From Candidatus Xenobia bacterium (GTDB lineage Bacteria; Vulcanimicrobiota; Xenobia; Xenobiales; QWHO01), in the NCBI GenBank assembly GCA_045863235.1, contig BTUM01000001.1, positions 333,106 to 397,105 of the forward strand: a stretch of DNA of 64,000 nucleotides. Direction: 5' to 3'. The notes beneath the pieces are model-generated. The model had not been told where the DNA came from. It worked only from the letters and a program-made list of their open reading frames with translations, and did no database searches. Positions within the stretch are counted from its first letter, which is position 1, and each line of letters opens with the position of its first letter. Below, piece after piece: positions 39,037-48,937 of this stretch. A program made the position numbers and the translations under genes.

Positions 39037-39815
39037 CAGTGCACCGGGAACAGCCAGGCCGACATGAAGTAGTTGGTGATGAAGATGATGATCATCGCGA
39101 CCACCACCGAGCCGGTCGTTGCCTGGCCCACACCGGCCGCTCCGCGAGGAGTATTCAAGCCCTGGTAACAAGCAACCAGGCACACCTCCATCCCGAATAT
39201 CATGGCTTTGAACAGCCCCCGAAAGACATCGTCCATCTCCACCATGCGAGTGATCGAATCAAAGAAAGCCTCGTAGGGTACCCCGGCGGAATTCATTGCC
39301 ACCACCGCACCACCCACCACCCCTGAGAGGTTGGAGAAGAGTGTCAGGATCGGCATCATGATCAGCAGCGCAACGAAGCGCGGGACCACCAGATATCCGA
39401 CCGGGTTCACGGCCATGGTAATCAGGGCGCTGATCTGCTCGGTCACCTTCATGGTCCCGATCTCGGCCGTGATGGCCGCTCCTGCCCGCCCGGCCACCAC
39501 CACTGCGGTCAGCATCGGACCGAGCTCACGGCACATGGCCAGCGCCACGCCCCCTCCCACAACGTTGGACACTCCGTAACGAACGGCAATATGGGCCAGT
39601 TGCAGCGACATGACCATGCCCGCAAAGGTGGTGGTCATGATGACGATGCCGACCGAATTCACCCCCAGAAAAGCCATCTGCTGGATGGTCAGATTCAATC
39701 GGAGGGCACCACGCAGCAGAAATCCAAGCGCCTCCACGAGCAGCAGAACCAGGTTGCCCACATACTCGAAGAATCGAATCAGAGCCAGCCCCAGTATTTC
39801 AAAGAGGGAGAACAT
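39036..39815 (-). CDS. mlaE: MlaE-family ABC permease
   Basis: RELGPMLTA..VAGRAGAAITAEIGTMKVTEQI, GAAGVG.ATT. Confidence 0.95.
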   Translation of the reverse strand: MFSLFEILGLALIRFFEYVGNLVLLLVEALGFLLRGALRLNLTIQQMAFLGVNSVGIVIMTTTFAGMVMSLQLAHIAVRYGVSNVVGGGVALAMCRELGPMLTAVVVAGRAGAAITAEIGTMKVTEQISALITMAVNPVGYLVVPRFVALLIMMPILTLFSNLSGVVGGAVVAMNSAGVPYEAFFDSITRMVEMDDVFRGLFKAMIFGMEVCLVACYQGLNTPRGAAGVGQATTGSVVVAMIIIFITNYFMSAWLFPVH

Positions 39816-39869
39816 AAGGCAGGAACGGTTCTGAGCCGGGTTGGGGAGTCCTTCCCAGCCGTGTTGGAG

Positions 39870-41117
39870 CTACTTCAGAACCTCCTGGGCGCTCTTCTCC
39901 CCTTTGATAACCGAGGGCAGTTGCTTGCCCAGACGCTCGAGGGTCGGCCGGGCGTTGCCGGAAGTGTCCACCATCCGGGCCGATCCCAGCACGTTGACGA
40001 AAACACGAAGGTTGTTGTGATCGGCCAGCCGCGCCTGGCGATAGAACGGGTTGTCAAAAACTTTGACGTGGGCGGCCAGATAGGGGGTTTCCTCAGCCCA
40101 CTTCAGCTGCTGCTGGAAGTCCAGAATGTAGAAAGCCACGTCGCGGACTTTGTAGAGCTGGGCGGGATCGACGGCAAACATCCCCAGGGCCCAAACCTGA
40201 GCCTCGGTCGTCCGCTTGCTCTTGTCGAGCCCCGGAATGGCAGCCGTGCGAACGTTTACGCCCCGGGCACGCAGAGAGAGATAGTCCTCGACGGTCCCGA
40301 TCATCATTCCCACTCCGTCCGGAGAGGTCGGGTCCGCCATTGCCGCCTTCTTCGTAACGGTCAAGTCCTGAAGATAGGCCAGGGCTTTGTTGGCCCCCTC
40401 CAGACTCGGGCTGATCCCGTGGGAGGTGGCCAGGTCGCCGCCTGACTGCCAGCACATGACCTGTAGATTCCGGCAAAGATGCTCCGGACTGGCGTTGGCC
40501 GCCAGGGTAAAGCCAATTCCGGCGCCACTCTGGCTGATCTTCTGAGCGGCCTGGGCCACCTGCTCCCAGGTGGCGGGTGCGAACTTCACTCCGGCCGTCT
40601 GCAAGACCTCGGGATTGTAGATCAGAGCCCGGGTCGTGTAGCAGAAGGGCATCGCCATCTGGACGCCGCCTACCTGCACGGCATTCCAGAGAGGGATGTA
40701 GTTGTTCCCCTTGACGCTCCAGTTGAACAGAAATTGCTCTTTGGGCATCCACTGCTCCAGCGGCATCAACTGGCCGCGGGCCTGGACGACCGGTAGCCAG
40801 CTCGTTTCCATCAGAGCCATCGTCGGATGGACGCTCCCGGAGGTCAACTCGCGGTAGAGAGTGGCAGAACTTGGGAAATTCTTTCCCTCGATCTCGACGT
40901 ACGGGTTCTTCTGATCGTATTCATTGAGGAGACGTTGAAAGACCGAGGCCTCGGCGGGCGCCAGGCTATACCAGACAGACACTTGCAGAGCGCCGCTGGG
41001 CGCTCCCTTGCTGGCCTGGGCCAGACGGGCGCCAGAGCCAGCCGGGTCTCCCCAGGCTGGAAGGGTCAGGGTCATCGCGGCCGACAGGGCCACCACGGCG
41101 TGCTTCCAAGACTTCAT
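39870..41117 (-). CDS. Extracellular solute-binding protein (family 1-like)
   Basis: Signal peptide MKSWKHAVVALSAA...; LIYNPEVL, APATWEQV. Confidence 0.75.
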   Translation of the reverse strand: MKSWKHAVVALSAAMTLTLPAWGDPAGSGARLAQASKGAPSGALQVSVWYSLAPAEASVFQRLLNEYDQKNPYVEIEGKNFPSSATLYRELTSGSVHPTMALMETSWLPVVQARGQLMPLEQWMPKEQFLFNWSVKGNNYIPLWNAVQVGGVQMAMPFCYTTRALIYNPEVLQTAGVKFAPATWEQVAQAAQKISQSGAGIGFTLAANASPEHLCRNLQVMCWQSGGDLATSHGISPSLEGANKALAYLQDLTVTKKAAMADPTSPDGVGMMIGTVEDYLSLRARGVNVRTAAIPGLDKSKRTTEAQVWALGMFAVDPAQLYKVRDVAFYILDFQQQLKWAEETPYLAAHVKVFDNPFYRQARLADHNNLRVFVNVLGSARMVDTSGNARPTLERLGKQLPSVIKGEKSAQEVLK

Positions 41118-41305
41118 CACGACATTCTCCTCCCAAAGGCTGGGCCACGAACAATGGCTCTGCAGCAATCAACAGACTCGACCTTATTGAAGGATCTTCT
41201 AGAAAAAATCGAAAATCCTTTCCCGATCTGCGATCGGGGACAGGGGGAGTTTAGCCGATCCGTTCGACTGCCGCAACCAGCCGACGAAACGGTAACATGT
41301 CCGAC

Positions 41306-42295
41306 TCAGCGGTCGAAGCCAATCTCCTCGCTGTTGCCGAGAATGTCGTCAAGAGCGATGCGGGTGGGGCCAGGATCTTCCAGACGTGGGAAGTAGACGA
41401 ATCCGAGCACCTCCTCTCCAGGATTGAGCGCCTTATCCAGGATCTGATCGTAACGCTGACACTGAACCCGCTGCCCGTCTACCAGCATGAAGATGTGGAA
41501 ATTGAAGGGGGCAAGTTGAGCGATCACGGGCCCGGTGTTTCGGATCTTCACCTCGACCACCTGATTTTGATCAAGCCCCTTCTGGGAATACAGAATGGAC
41601 TTGACAGCCGCCATCTGCTGCAGGTTGCCTCGAGCCTCGCGATAGGCTGTGTAATCGGAGAAGCTGTCCATCAGAGGACCGTCCCAGTTGGTCAGGGTGA
41701 TCTCCACCTCGGCATCCTGATAGTAGTCGCCCATCCAGACGTTGCTGGCCACTGAATCGGCAACCGTGGATGCGATAATCTGAGGGCTGCCCGTGAATCC
41801 ATAGGGACCGAAGCTGGTGATGGCCAGGGAGGCGACGTTCATCCACATCATGGCGTCCATGCCCGAATCGGTCCGGGGCGTCTGGGAGGCTGCCGTAAAC
41901 GTTCGCTGTGCCGTCCGTCCGCGGAACCTGTCTCGATAACGCTCCTCGTATTGCTCGAGTTGCTCGGTCGAATAGGCTGTCTGCACTGGCGCGTTCACCA
42001 CCGCATCCTGAGGAGGTCCACCCACAGTGGCCTCCCGCACAGCATCACCCGTCTCGGCTGACCCGCTTACCAGGCGAGCCGCGGACTGATATTGATCGAC
42101 CAGGGTCACCTCAACCTCGCCTACCGACTGTCCGTTCCGGTAGACCTGATAGCGAGCCCCGGGAGTCATGCCGTCCTGGCTGCCCCGATTGAGCGTCACC
42201 TCGCTGCCGCTGCTCTTGACCACCATTCCGGTGCCTGGATTGGCCAGGGCGGTGACTCCTAAGAGCAGAGTCAACAAAAGAAGCCTCAATATCAT
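41306..42295 (-). CDS. Secreted hypothetical protein with N-terminal FlgT-C-like beta domain
   Basis: SD GGAGG before ATG 42295; signal peptide; LNRGSQDGMTPGARYQV. Confidence 0.6.
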   Translation of the reverse strand: MILRLLLLTLLLGVTALANPGTGMVVKSSGSEVTLNRGSQDGMTPGARYQVYRNGQSVGEVEVTLVDQYQSAARLVSGSAETGDAVREATVGGPPQDAVVNAPVQTAYSTEQLEQYEERYRDRFRGRTAQRTFTAASQTPRTDSGMDAMMWMNVASLAITSFGPYGFTGSPQIIASTVADSVASNVWMGDYYQDAEVEITLTNWDGPLMDSFSDYTAYREARGNLQQMAAVKSILYSQKGLDQNQVVEVKIRNTGPVIAQLAPFNFHIFMLVDGQRVQCQRYDQILDKALNPGEEVLGFVYFPRLEDPGPTRIALDDILGNSEEIGFDR

Positions 42296-42423
42296 CGTTC
42301 TCCTCCTCACGGTTGCGCGGTGAAGGAACCCTCCGTGCAACCGTGGAACAGCCTTAAACTGCAAATCCCGTTGACGCTCTTATTATGCATCATCGGGGCG
42401 CACTCTGACAACGAGGGTGGCAA

Positions 42424-42987
42424 ATGGCGGAAAAGAAAGTTCGCCTCAAGAGGCGCATCCCTCAAAATACCAGGCATCAGATGCGCTACTTCTTTGCCAT
42501 TCTGGCCATCGTTTTCGTTCTGTTCATCCTGGTTTTGCGCTATCTGGTGTGGGCTCGCCAGAGTGATCTGGGAGTTTCTGCTGGTCACGAGGCCAACGGA
42601 CTCTTTTACAAACTTGAAATCGAGCGAGCCACATTCAGTCGAGGCGAACCGATCAAAGTCCAGCTCTCGGTCCAGAACATGAGCGACAAGGCGGTCACCT
42701 TGCAGTTCGCCGATAGCCTGGAGTTCGATTTCATCGTCCAGCGCGAGGTCAACATGCTTTTCGTGGACGTGCCCATGGACGTCTGGAAATTTTCCGCCAA
42801 GAATGTTCCCCAACCCAAGCCCCACGCGATCGTCGTCCCTCCGGGCGAGAAGAAGGTTTTCTCGGCCATGTGGGACCAGACCGATTCCGCCGGCAATCCA
42901 GTCAAGTCGGGACGTTACATCATTACCGGAACTCTCAACGCCATCGACCGAACTGAGAGCCTGCGCGTCCGCGGCCAGACAAATTGA
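42424..42987 (+). CDS. Membrane-anchored BsuPI-like (Ig-fold) domain protein
   Basis: Basic N-terminus + TM; VTLQF...FDFIV...VWKFS...WDQTDSAGNPV..GRY. Confidence 0.7.
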   Translation: MAEKKVRLKRRIPQNTRHQMRYFFAILAIVFVLFILVLRYLVWARQSDLGVSAGHEANGLFYKLEIERATFSRGEPIKVQLSVQNMSDKAVTLQFADSLEFDFIVQREVNMLFVDVPMDVWKFSAKNVPQPKPHAIVVPPGEKKVFSAMWDQTDSAGNPVKSGRYIITGTLNAIDRTESLRVRGQTN

Positions 42988-43012
42988 CCCGAACCCGTCC
43001 TTGTGATAGGCT
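42984..43012 (+). promoter_or_regulatory. Sigma70-type promoter of rnpB
   Basis: TTGACC-17 nt-TAGGCT with extended -10 TG, about 10 nt before the RNA 5' end. Confidence 0.65.
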
Positions 43013-43022
43013 CGTTCGGGTC

Positions 43023-43387
43023 TGGAGCAGGCCGGGTGGCCGCGGCCGCGGGAGCGGCTGAGGAAAGTCCGGGCTCCGCAGGGCAGGGCGCTGGGTAACT
43101 CCCAGTAGGGGCGACCCTCAGGAAAGTGCCACAGAAATGATGACCGCCGGCCGCCTTCGGGCAGCCGGTAAGGGTGCAACGGTGGGGTAAGAGCCCACCA
43201 GCAGTGCGGTGACGCACTGGCTAGGTAAACCCCGTTCGGAGCAAGACAGGCGAGGACAGGCCCATCGGCCACTGGCGGCCCGTCAGGGTCCTCACGAACG
43301 TCGCTCGAGCCGCCTGGAAACAGGCGGCCCAGATAGATGGCCACCGTCGCTTCGGCGACACAGAACCCGGCTTACAGGCCTGCTCCA
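43023..43387 (+). ncRNA. rnpB: RNase P RNA, bacterial type A
   Basis: GAGGAAAGTCCGGGCTC, AGTGCCACAGAAA, GGTAAACCCC, ACAGAACCCGGCTTA; terminal helix TGGAGCAGGCC/GGCCTGCTCCA. Confidence 0.97.
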
Positions 43388-43415
43388 GACTCTTCTTTGC
43401 CACCTCGAACCGGAT

Positions 43416-44522
43416 TCAAGAATTCTGGCCTACGTAGTAGTGGCGCACCGTGCTGGCCAACCAGCTGGCAGTGCGAGTATCCACCAATCGGCGAGTAATG
43501 ATCAGGCGATCCGAGATCAGCTGCAGGAAGGAGCCGCGGGAAGATTCACGCACCGAAATCTGCTCGAGTTCTTGGGCGGGGATGGTGGCCCGACGCGTGG
43601 TCACCCCCCAGACGCGCTGCCGCCAGATCACTCGGGTTGGCTCGAGCCGGAACTCATGGCGCAACCCCACCAGGTACAGCAAGACGGCCGCAAGGATGCC
43701 GAACTGAGCGTACAGGCCGGTATAGTCACCACTGGTGCGCATGATGTCGAAAACCGACTGGGTGGGCGCGTCTTCTCGACCATGGAAGGGCAGCATTTCG
43801 AGTCCCACCAGCAAACCAAAGGACACAAGCACTTCCGACAGCAAATTCTTGTTGAACGAGCTCCAGGCCAGAACCAGCGCTGGTCCGTCATGTCGAACCA
43901 GCACGGCCGCCGGCACCGGTTCGTCGGGAGCCGGCCCAAGAAGCACCGGATGACGCTTGACCCGCTCGACGAAACTGAGATCGAGCTCACTGGCCTCCAG
44001 GGTGAGTTCCCCTGTCTCGCGGCTCTTCTCCATCACCGGGCACCCGATCGCTTTCGCCAGCATCTCAGCCAGGGTCCGGCTCTCCATTTGTTGACCCGGC
44101 CGACGGTCGAGCAGGTAGTCGTAATGGCCGTCCACCAAGTGCACCTCGAAGACCTCAGTGGGTTTGGGACCCCGATCTTCGTCCACGGAACGCATGCGAA
44201 TGCGGGGAGTCTCCCTCCAGCGATAGACCAGAACGCGGCGAAACAGGCCATCCTTCATGCGGATCTCGCCCTGGCCGACACGAAAGCTCTTGCGAGTCCC
44301 GAGTAAAAAGCCCATGCCCATGACCACCAGAGCCAACCCGACGAAGCCTCCCAGTCGCCAGTCCCAATTCTCCCAGTGAAGAAAGAGCCGATTGATGATG
44401 TAAAAGCCAGGTACCGTTCCTACCAGCCCTAGAAATACCAGGAAGAGGCCCAGATCGCGATGCGAATCGCTGGGAATGAGCAGGTAAACAAGCTGATTCC
44501 GTTGATAACGCTGGACAGCCAC
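43416..44522 (-). CDS. Hypothetical membrane protein (two TM hairpins, each followed by a beta-rich domain)
   Basis: 368-aa ORF with about 4 hydrophobic segments; 3 nt downstream of the FlhB-FlhA-like gene. Confidence 0.65.
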   Translation of the reverse strand: MAVQRYQRNQLVYLLIPSDSHRDLGLFLVFLGLVGTVPGFYIINRLFLHWENWDWRLGGFVGLALVVMGMGFLLGTRKSFRVGQGEIRMKDGLFRRVLVYRWRETPRIRMRSVDEDRGPKPTEVFEVHLVDGHYDYLLDRRPGQQMESRTLAEMLAKAIGCPVMEKSRETGELTLEASELDLSFVERVKRHPVLLGPAPDEPVPAAVLVRHDGPALVLAWSSFNKNLLSEVLVSFGLLVGLEMLPFHGREDAPTQSVFDIMRTSGDYTGLYAQFGILAAVLLYLVGLRHEFRLEPTRVIWRQRVWGVTTRRATIPAQELEQISVRESSRGSFLQLISDRLIITRRLVDTRTASWLASTVRHYYVGQNS

Positions 44523-44525
44523 GGT

Positions 44526-45713
44526 CTAGGTCCCGATCAGCCCGAATGTGCGAACTTCAGCCAGGGGAGCCACCTCGCTGTAGGCCAGAACGGCTACCAT
44601 GGGGAAAGAAGGCTCAATGAGCCGACGAAGGAATCGCCGGGGTCTTGGTGAGCATAAGACAACCACGGGGACACCGACCTCACCGGCACGCTGCAACCCT
44701 CGAGAAACGGAGGTGAGAATCTTCAGGCTGGTATCCAGGTCCAGGTCCAACCAGAGTGCCGAGCTCGACTCCCGCAGGCCGGCCAGGACCGAGCGCTCGG
44801 CGCTCGGCTCGAGAATGAGAGCGTGCAGCACTCCCTCATTGTCACTGAACTTGGCACACAAGAAGTGCGAAAAGCTGGAGCGCACGAACTCGGTGAGCTG
44901 ATCAGGATCCTGGGAGTGACCGCGGAACTCGACCAGAGCCTCCAGGATGGAAGCCAGGTCGCGGATCGAAATCCCTTCCCTGAGCAAATTTCGAAGGATC
45001 ACCCGCAAGGACGTGATGGAGAAACGCTGAGGAAACAGCTCCTTGACCAAACCGGAGTGGGTCTTGCGAAGATTGTCGAGGAGCGCTTCGGTTTCACGGT
45101 ATCCAAGCAAGCGCCACGCGTTCTGCTCGACGGCCCGCGCAACATCACGCAAGAGTGGCTCAAGATTCTGGGGCTCGAAGCTGCCTTGAGAAACCACCAC
45201 GTCCCTGAGAGCCAGCCGATACTGCCCCTCGGTCAATTCCGGGAAAACCCTCAGAGAAATGTCTGACAGGATGATCCCCAGCTCGAGCTCGAGGCGAGGA
45301 GCGAGCTTGAGCAAGGCCTCGCGCAACTCGGTCGAATCTGAACCTGAGCCGACCTGAAGCGCGACGCGGGCTACCTCGAGTTGTCCCAACACTTCTTCGG
45401 CTTTACAAGCCAGACGCTTCCTGAGAGCGGTGGGCAGCTTGCCCACCGAGCGAATCAAACGCACCGGAGTTGGACCTGGCCGAGCTCGCTGGATCAAAGC
45501 CAGGCATTGTGCGACCACCCGGTAGGCAGGCTCGGGAATCTCCTCGTCGATGGGGAACTGGCTGAGGCTGAATTCTTCCAGGGGCACGTCCACCAGCGGA
45601 AGGTTCATCTCCTGGGCGCACCAGAGAAGCTCCTCAACCTCTTTACCCCGCACGGCTGCAAGAGTAACCGGGGTTTCGCCGGGAGTGTAAGCCAACACCG
45701 CTGCATGCTCCAT
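44526..45713 (-). CDS. FlhB/EscU C-terminal-like domain fused to FlhA/FHIPEP cytoplasmic domain; no TM region
   Basis: N-terminal AAVLAY..P...IDEEIPEPAYRVVAQCL; C-terminal LLGYRETEALLD...LRNLLREGISIRDLASILEAL...LTEFVR...VLAYSEV. Confidence 0.75.
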   Translation of the reverse strand: MEHAAVLAYTPGETPVTLAAVRGKEVEELLWCAQEMNLPLVDVPLEEFSLSQFPIDEEIPEPAYRVVAQCLALIQRARPGPTPVRLIRSVGKLPTALRKRLACKAEEVLGQLEVARVALQVGSGSDSTELREALLKLAPRLELELGIILSDISLRVFPELTEGQYRLALRDVVVSQGSFEPQNLEPLLRDVARAVEQNAWRLLGYRETEALLDNLRKTHSGLVKELFPQRFSITSLRVILRNLLREGISIRDLASILEALVEFRGHSQDPDQLTEFVRSSFSHFLCAKFSDNEGVLHALILEPSAERSVLAGLRESSSALWLDLDLDTSLKILTSVSRGLQRAGEVGVPVVVLCSPRPRRFLRRLIEPSFPMVAVLAYSEVAPLAEVRTFGLIGT

Positions 45714-45886
45714 CCCCTGCAGCAACACGACTTCGGCCTGACCCAGCACTTGAGGCGAAAATGCCACCTCGAAACCTCCCTCGCATCGCATCAGGACGCG
45801 GGTCTTGGCCTTCTGGGAACTTGAGCTAAATTCCTCTGCCTGGCCCGGGGGAGGAACCCCTCCAGCATGCGGGAAACCCCACAGCC

Positions 45887-47107
45887 ATGCGCGCCCTGCG
45901 GCTCATCCTGCTGGCTGCCTGCCTGCTGGTCGCCTGGCCAGGGTGCAGTCAGAGCCAGCGCAGTCCCGATGAAGTGATTCTGTGGACTGGCTTTGAATCC
46001 GAGCTGCCCACCTTGATCCGACTGGCCAACGAGTTCTCGGCACAAAGCGGCAAGACGGTGCGAGTGGTCAAGGTGCCCTTCCAGCGCCTGCGCGACAAGT
46101 ATCTCATCGCCGCTCCGGCTGGCCAGGGCCCCGACCTCCTGATCGGACCCCAGGACTGGGTGGGCATATTGAAGACGGCGGGCCTGCTCGAGCCCCTCCC
46201 CCCCGAGGCGCTCCCTCGCTCGGAAGAGTTCTTGCCGGTCACCATCGAGGCTCTGACCTTTCAAGGCCAGCTCTATGCCGTTCCTCTGGTGGCCCAGTGC
46301 GTGGCCCTGATTCGCAATCCCGAGCTGATACCCCGAAGCCCGGCCAATCTCGAGGAAATGGCGCGCATGGCCAGCGAGCTCCCCCCCCAGCCTGGACGCT
46401 ACGGGATCTACTGGGAACTCAAGGACCTCTACTTTACGTGGCCCATCTTCGCCACGCACGGAGCCTATCTGTTCGGCACTCGCGACGGCCAGCTCAATCC
46501 CGAGGACCTGGGGCTGGACAATCCGGGGGCCCAGCGGGCGGGAGAATTCTTACGCCGCCTCACAGCCGAAGGGTTGGTGCCCTCCGACGCCACCACCGAC
46601 CTGGCTCGCAGTCTCTACCTCGAGCGCCGAGCGGCCATGACCGTGAACGGTCCCTGGTTCTTGAAAGACCTGCGCCAGGCGGGGGTCCCCTATGTGATTG
46701 AGCCCGTGCCCGGGCTGGGCGAGGCCCCGGCTCCTTGCCTGGTAACGGTCGAGGGGGTCATGCTGAACAACCGGGCCATCGCCCGCCAGGCATCCCTCGA
46801 CTTTCTAAAGTTCCTGGCCACTCCCCAGGCCCAGGTGGAGATCGCCCTTGCTTCGGGCAGGCCTCCCGCCAACCGACTGGCACTCGAGCAGGCCGGTCGC
46901 GATCCCCAGGTTGGCCCCGATCTGCTGGCTTTTGCCCGCGTCGTGGAGGCCGGAATCCCCATGCCCAACCATCCAGCCGTCAGTGCGGTCTGGGAGGACA
47001 TGAAGCAGACCGTTGAGCTGATCACCAAAGGGGAGGTTCAGCCCTCCGTTCAGCTACCGCTCACCCGGCAGCGCATCCAGAAACGCATTCGACAGATGAT
47101 GGAGTAA
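45887..47107 (+). CDS. Maltose/maltodextrin-type ABC substrate-binding lipoprotein (MalE-like)
   Basis: Lipoprotein-like Cys (WPGC), AAPAGQGPDLL, NGPW, PMPN.P..SAVW. Confidence 0.88.
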   Translation: MRALRLILLAACLLVAWPGCSQSQRSPDEVILWTGFESELPTLIRLANEFSAQSGKTVRVVKVPFQRLRDKYLIAAPAGQGPDLLIGPQDWVGILKTAGLLEPLPPEALPRSEEFLPVTIEALTFQGQLYAVPLVAQCVALIRNPELIPRSPANLEEMARMASELPPQPGRYGIYWELKDLYFTWPIFATHGAYLFGTRDGQLNPEDLGLDNPGAQRAGEFLRRLTAEGLVPSDATTDLARSLYLERRAAMTVNGPWFLKDLRQAGVPYVIEPVPGLGEAPAPCLVTVEGVMLNNRAIARQASLDFLKFLATPQAQVEIALASGRPPANRLALEQAGRDPQVGPDLLAFARVVEAGIPMPNHPAVSAVWEDMKQTVELITKGEVQPSVQLPLTRQRIQKRIRQMME

Positions 47108-47110
47108 GCT

Positions 47111-48001
47111 GTGAACGAGCGCCGCACTCTGTTGCCTTACGCCTACATCGCCCCTGCTCTCCTCTTGATGAGCCTGCTCTCGCTGTTGCCCAATCTCTAT
47201 TCAGTCTACCTGGCCTTCACCAACTTCTCGCTCTACCACTATTCCGACTTCCGATTCGTCGGCTTGCGTAACTTCATGACGATCCTGACCGGAGACGAGA
47301 TTCGTGAATTCGCCAGAGTGCTGAGTTGGACGCTGGCCTGGGCGGGCGGATCGGTGATTCTCAGCCTGGGCCTGGGCCTCTTTCTGGCCATGGGCCTCAA
47401 CAAGCCAGAAATCCGCTTTCGCAATCTCTACCGCACTCTCTTCATCGTGCCCTGGGCCATCCCGGCCTTCATCTCGGTTCTCATGTGGCAGGGCCTGCTC
47501 AACTCCAACGAGGGCGCCATCAACGTGCTTCTTGGTCTGCACATCCGCTGGCTGGACGACCCCTTCTGGGCCCGTATCTCGGTTCTGGTCGTGAATGTCT
47601 GGCTGGGATTTCCGTTTATGATGACGGTCTGTCTGGGTGCATTGCAGTCGATTCCCCGCGAGCTCTATGAATCGGCCTCGGTGGATGGAGCCCCTGCACC
47701 TCGCCAGTTCTTTCAGATCACCTTGCCGATGCTCCGCTCAGCTCTTCTCCCCGTATTGATCTCCAGCTTCGCCTTCAACTTCAACCAGTTTACCGCCATC
47801 TATCTTCTGACCAATGGCGGGCCGGCTGTCTCGGGCAGCACGGCCGGCGCCACTGACATCCTGATCACCTATTCCTACAAGCTTGCCTTCGGGCTCTTCC
47901 AGTACGGTATGGCGTGTGCTTACGCCATCATTATCTTCTTGATCGTGGCCGGGCTCTCAGCGGTGAACTTCCGCCTGACCGGCGCCTTCGAGGACGCCTG
48001 A
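47111..48001 (+). CDS. Sugar ABC permease (MalF-like)
   Basis: FVGLRNF, VPWAIP, LQSIPRELYESASVDGA, FAFNFN. Confidence 0.9.
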   Translation: MNERRTLLPYAYIAPALLLMSLLSLLPNLYSVYLAFTNFSLYHYSDFRFVGLRNFMTILTGDEIREFARVLSWTLAWAGGSVILSLGLGLFLAMGLNKPEIRFRNLYRTLFIVPWAIPAFISVLMWQGLLNSNEGAINVLLGLHIRWLDDPFWARISVLVVNVWLGFPFMMTVCLGALQSIPRELYESASVDGAPAPRQFFQITLPMLRSALLPVLISSFAFNFNQFTAIYLLTNGGPAVSGSTAGATDILITYSYKLAFGLFQYGMACAYAIIIFLIVAGLSAVNFRLTGAFEDA

Positions 48002-48855
48002 TGCGAGCGAGCCGACTCAACATCTGGAGCTGGCAGATCGCCCTGACCCTCGTTCTGGGTGCGGTGCTGATGCCCGCCATGCTGGTGCTGTTTGCCTCCA
48101 TCAACCGAAAAGCCACCCTGGTATCGCGCAACCTGGTACCGCCCCCAGGCGAGTGGACGCTGGCCAACTACCAGGCTTTGCTCACCCAGACGCCCTTCCT
48201 GGAATGGATGGGGAACACGCTGCTGGTCTCGCTGCTCTCAACCGCCGTGGCCCTGGTGGTCACGACTCTGGCCGGTTATGCCTTCTCACGCTTTCGCTTT
48301 CACGGCCGCAAGAACGGGTTGCTGGTCATGATCTTGCTGCAGATGTTCCCGGCCGCCATGAGCATGGTGGCGGTCTTTCGCTTGTTGCAGTCGATGGGCG
48401 CAGCGACCGGAGGCTGGATCGGCCTCAACAGCCTGCTGGGACTGTCTCTGGTCTATATCGGAGCCGGAATCCCATTTAACTCGTGGATGATCAAGGGCTA
48501 TGTCGACTCGCTGCCGCGCGAGTTAGAAGAAGCCGCTTGCATCGATGGAGCCACTCCCACCCAGACGTTCCTCCTCGTCGTTTTGCCACTCCTGGGGCCG
48601 GTCCTCACGGTGGTGGCCGTGTTCAACTTCATCGCTCCCTACTCGGACTTCATCTTCCCTTCGGTTCTCCTGTTCGACGAGCAGCGCTACACCCTGGCGG
48701 TGGGGATGCAAGGCTTCGTTTCCGGCAACTTCTCGACCAACTGGACCCTCTTTGCAGCCGCCTCCATGCTTGGCTCCCTGCCTATTCTGGTGCTCTTCCT
48801 GGGCTTGCAGCGATTCCTGGTCCAGGGTTTGACTCAGGGGGCAGTAAAGGGTTAG
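48001..48855 (+). CDS. Sugar ABC permease (MalG-like)
   Basis: YAFSRFRF.GRK, QMFP, KGYVDSLPRELEEAACIDGA, GAVKG. Confidence 0.9.
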   Translation: MRASRLNIWSWQIALTLVLGAVLMPAMLVLFASINRKATLVSRNLVPPPGEWTLANYQALLTQTPFLEWMGNTLLVSLLSTAVALVVTTLAGYAFSRFRFHGRKNGLLVMILLQMFPAAMSMVAVFRLLQSMGAATGGWIGLNSLLGLSLVYIGAGIPFNSWMIKGYVDSLPRELEEAACIDGATPTQTFLLVVLPLLGPVLTVVAVFNFIAPYSDFIFPSVLLFDEQRYTLAVGMQGFVSGNFSTNWTLFAAASMLGSLPILVLFLGLQRFLVQGLTQGAVKG

Positions 48856-48937
48856 GATCCCGCGAGCAGAATCTGTCGCTGTGCTGGATCGCTGCCCCGA
48901 GGGGCGACGTTCAATTTGGCCCTGGAGTTGATCTACC

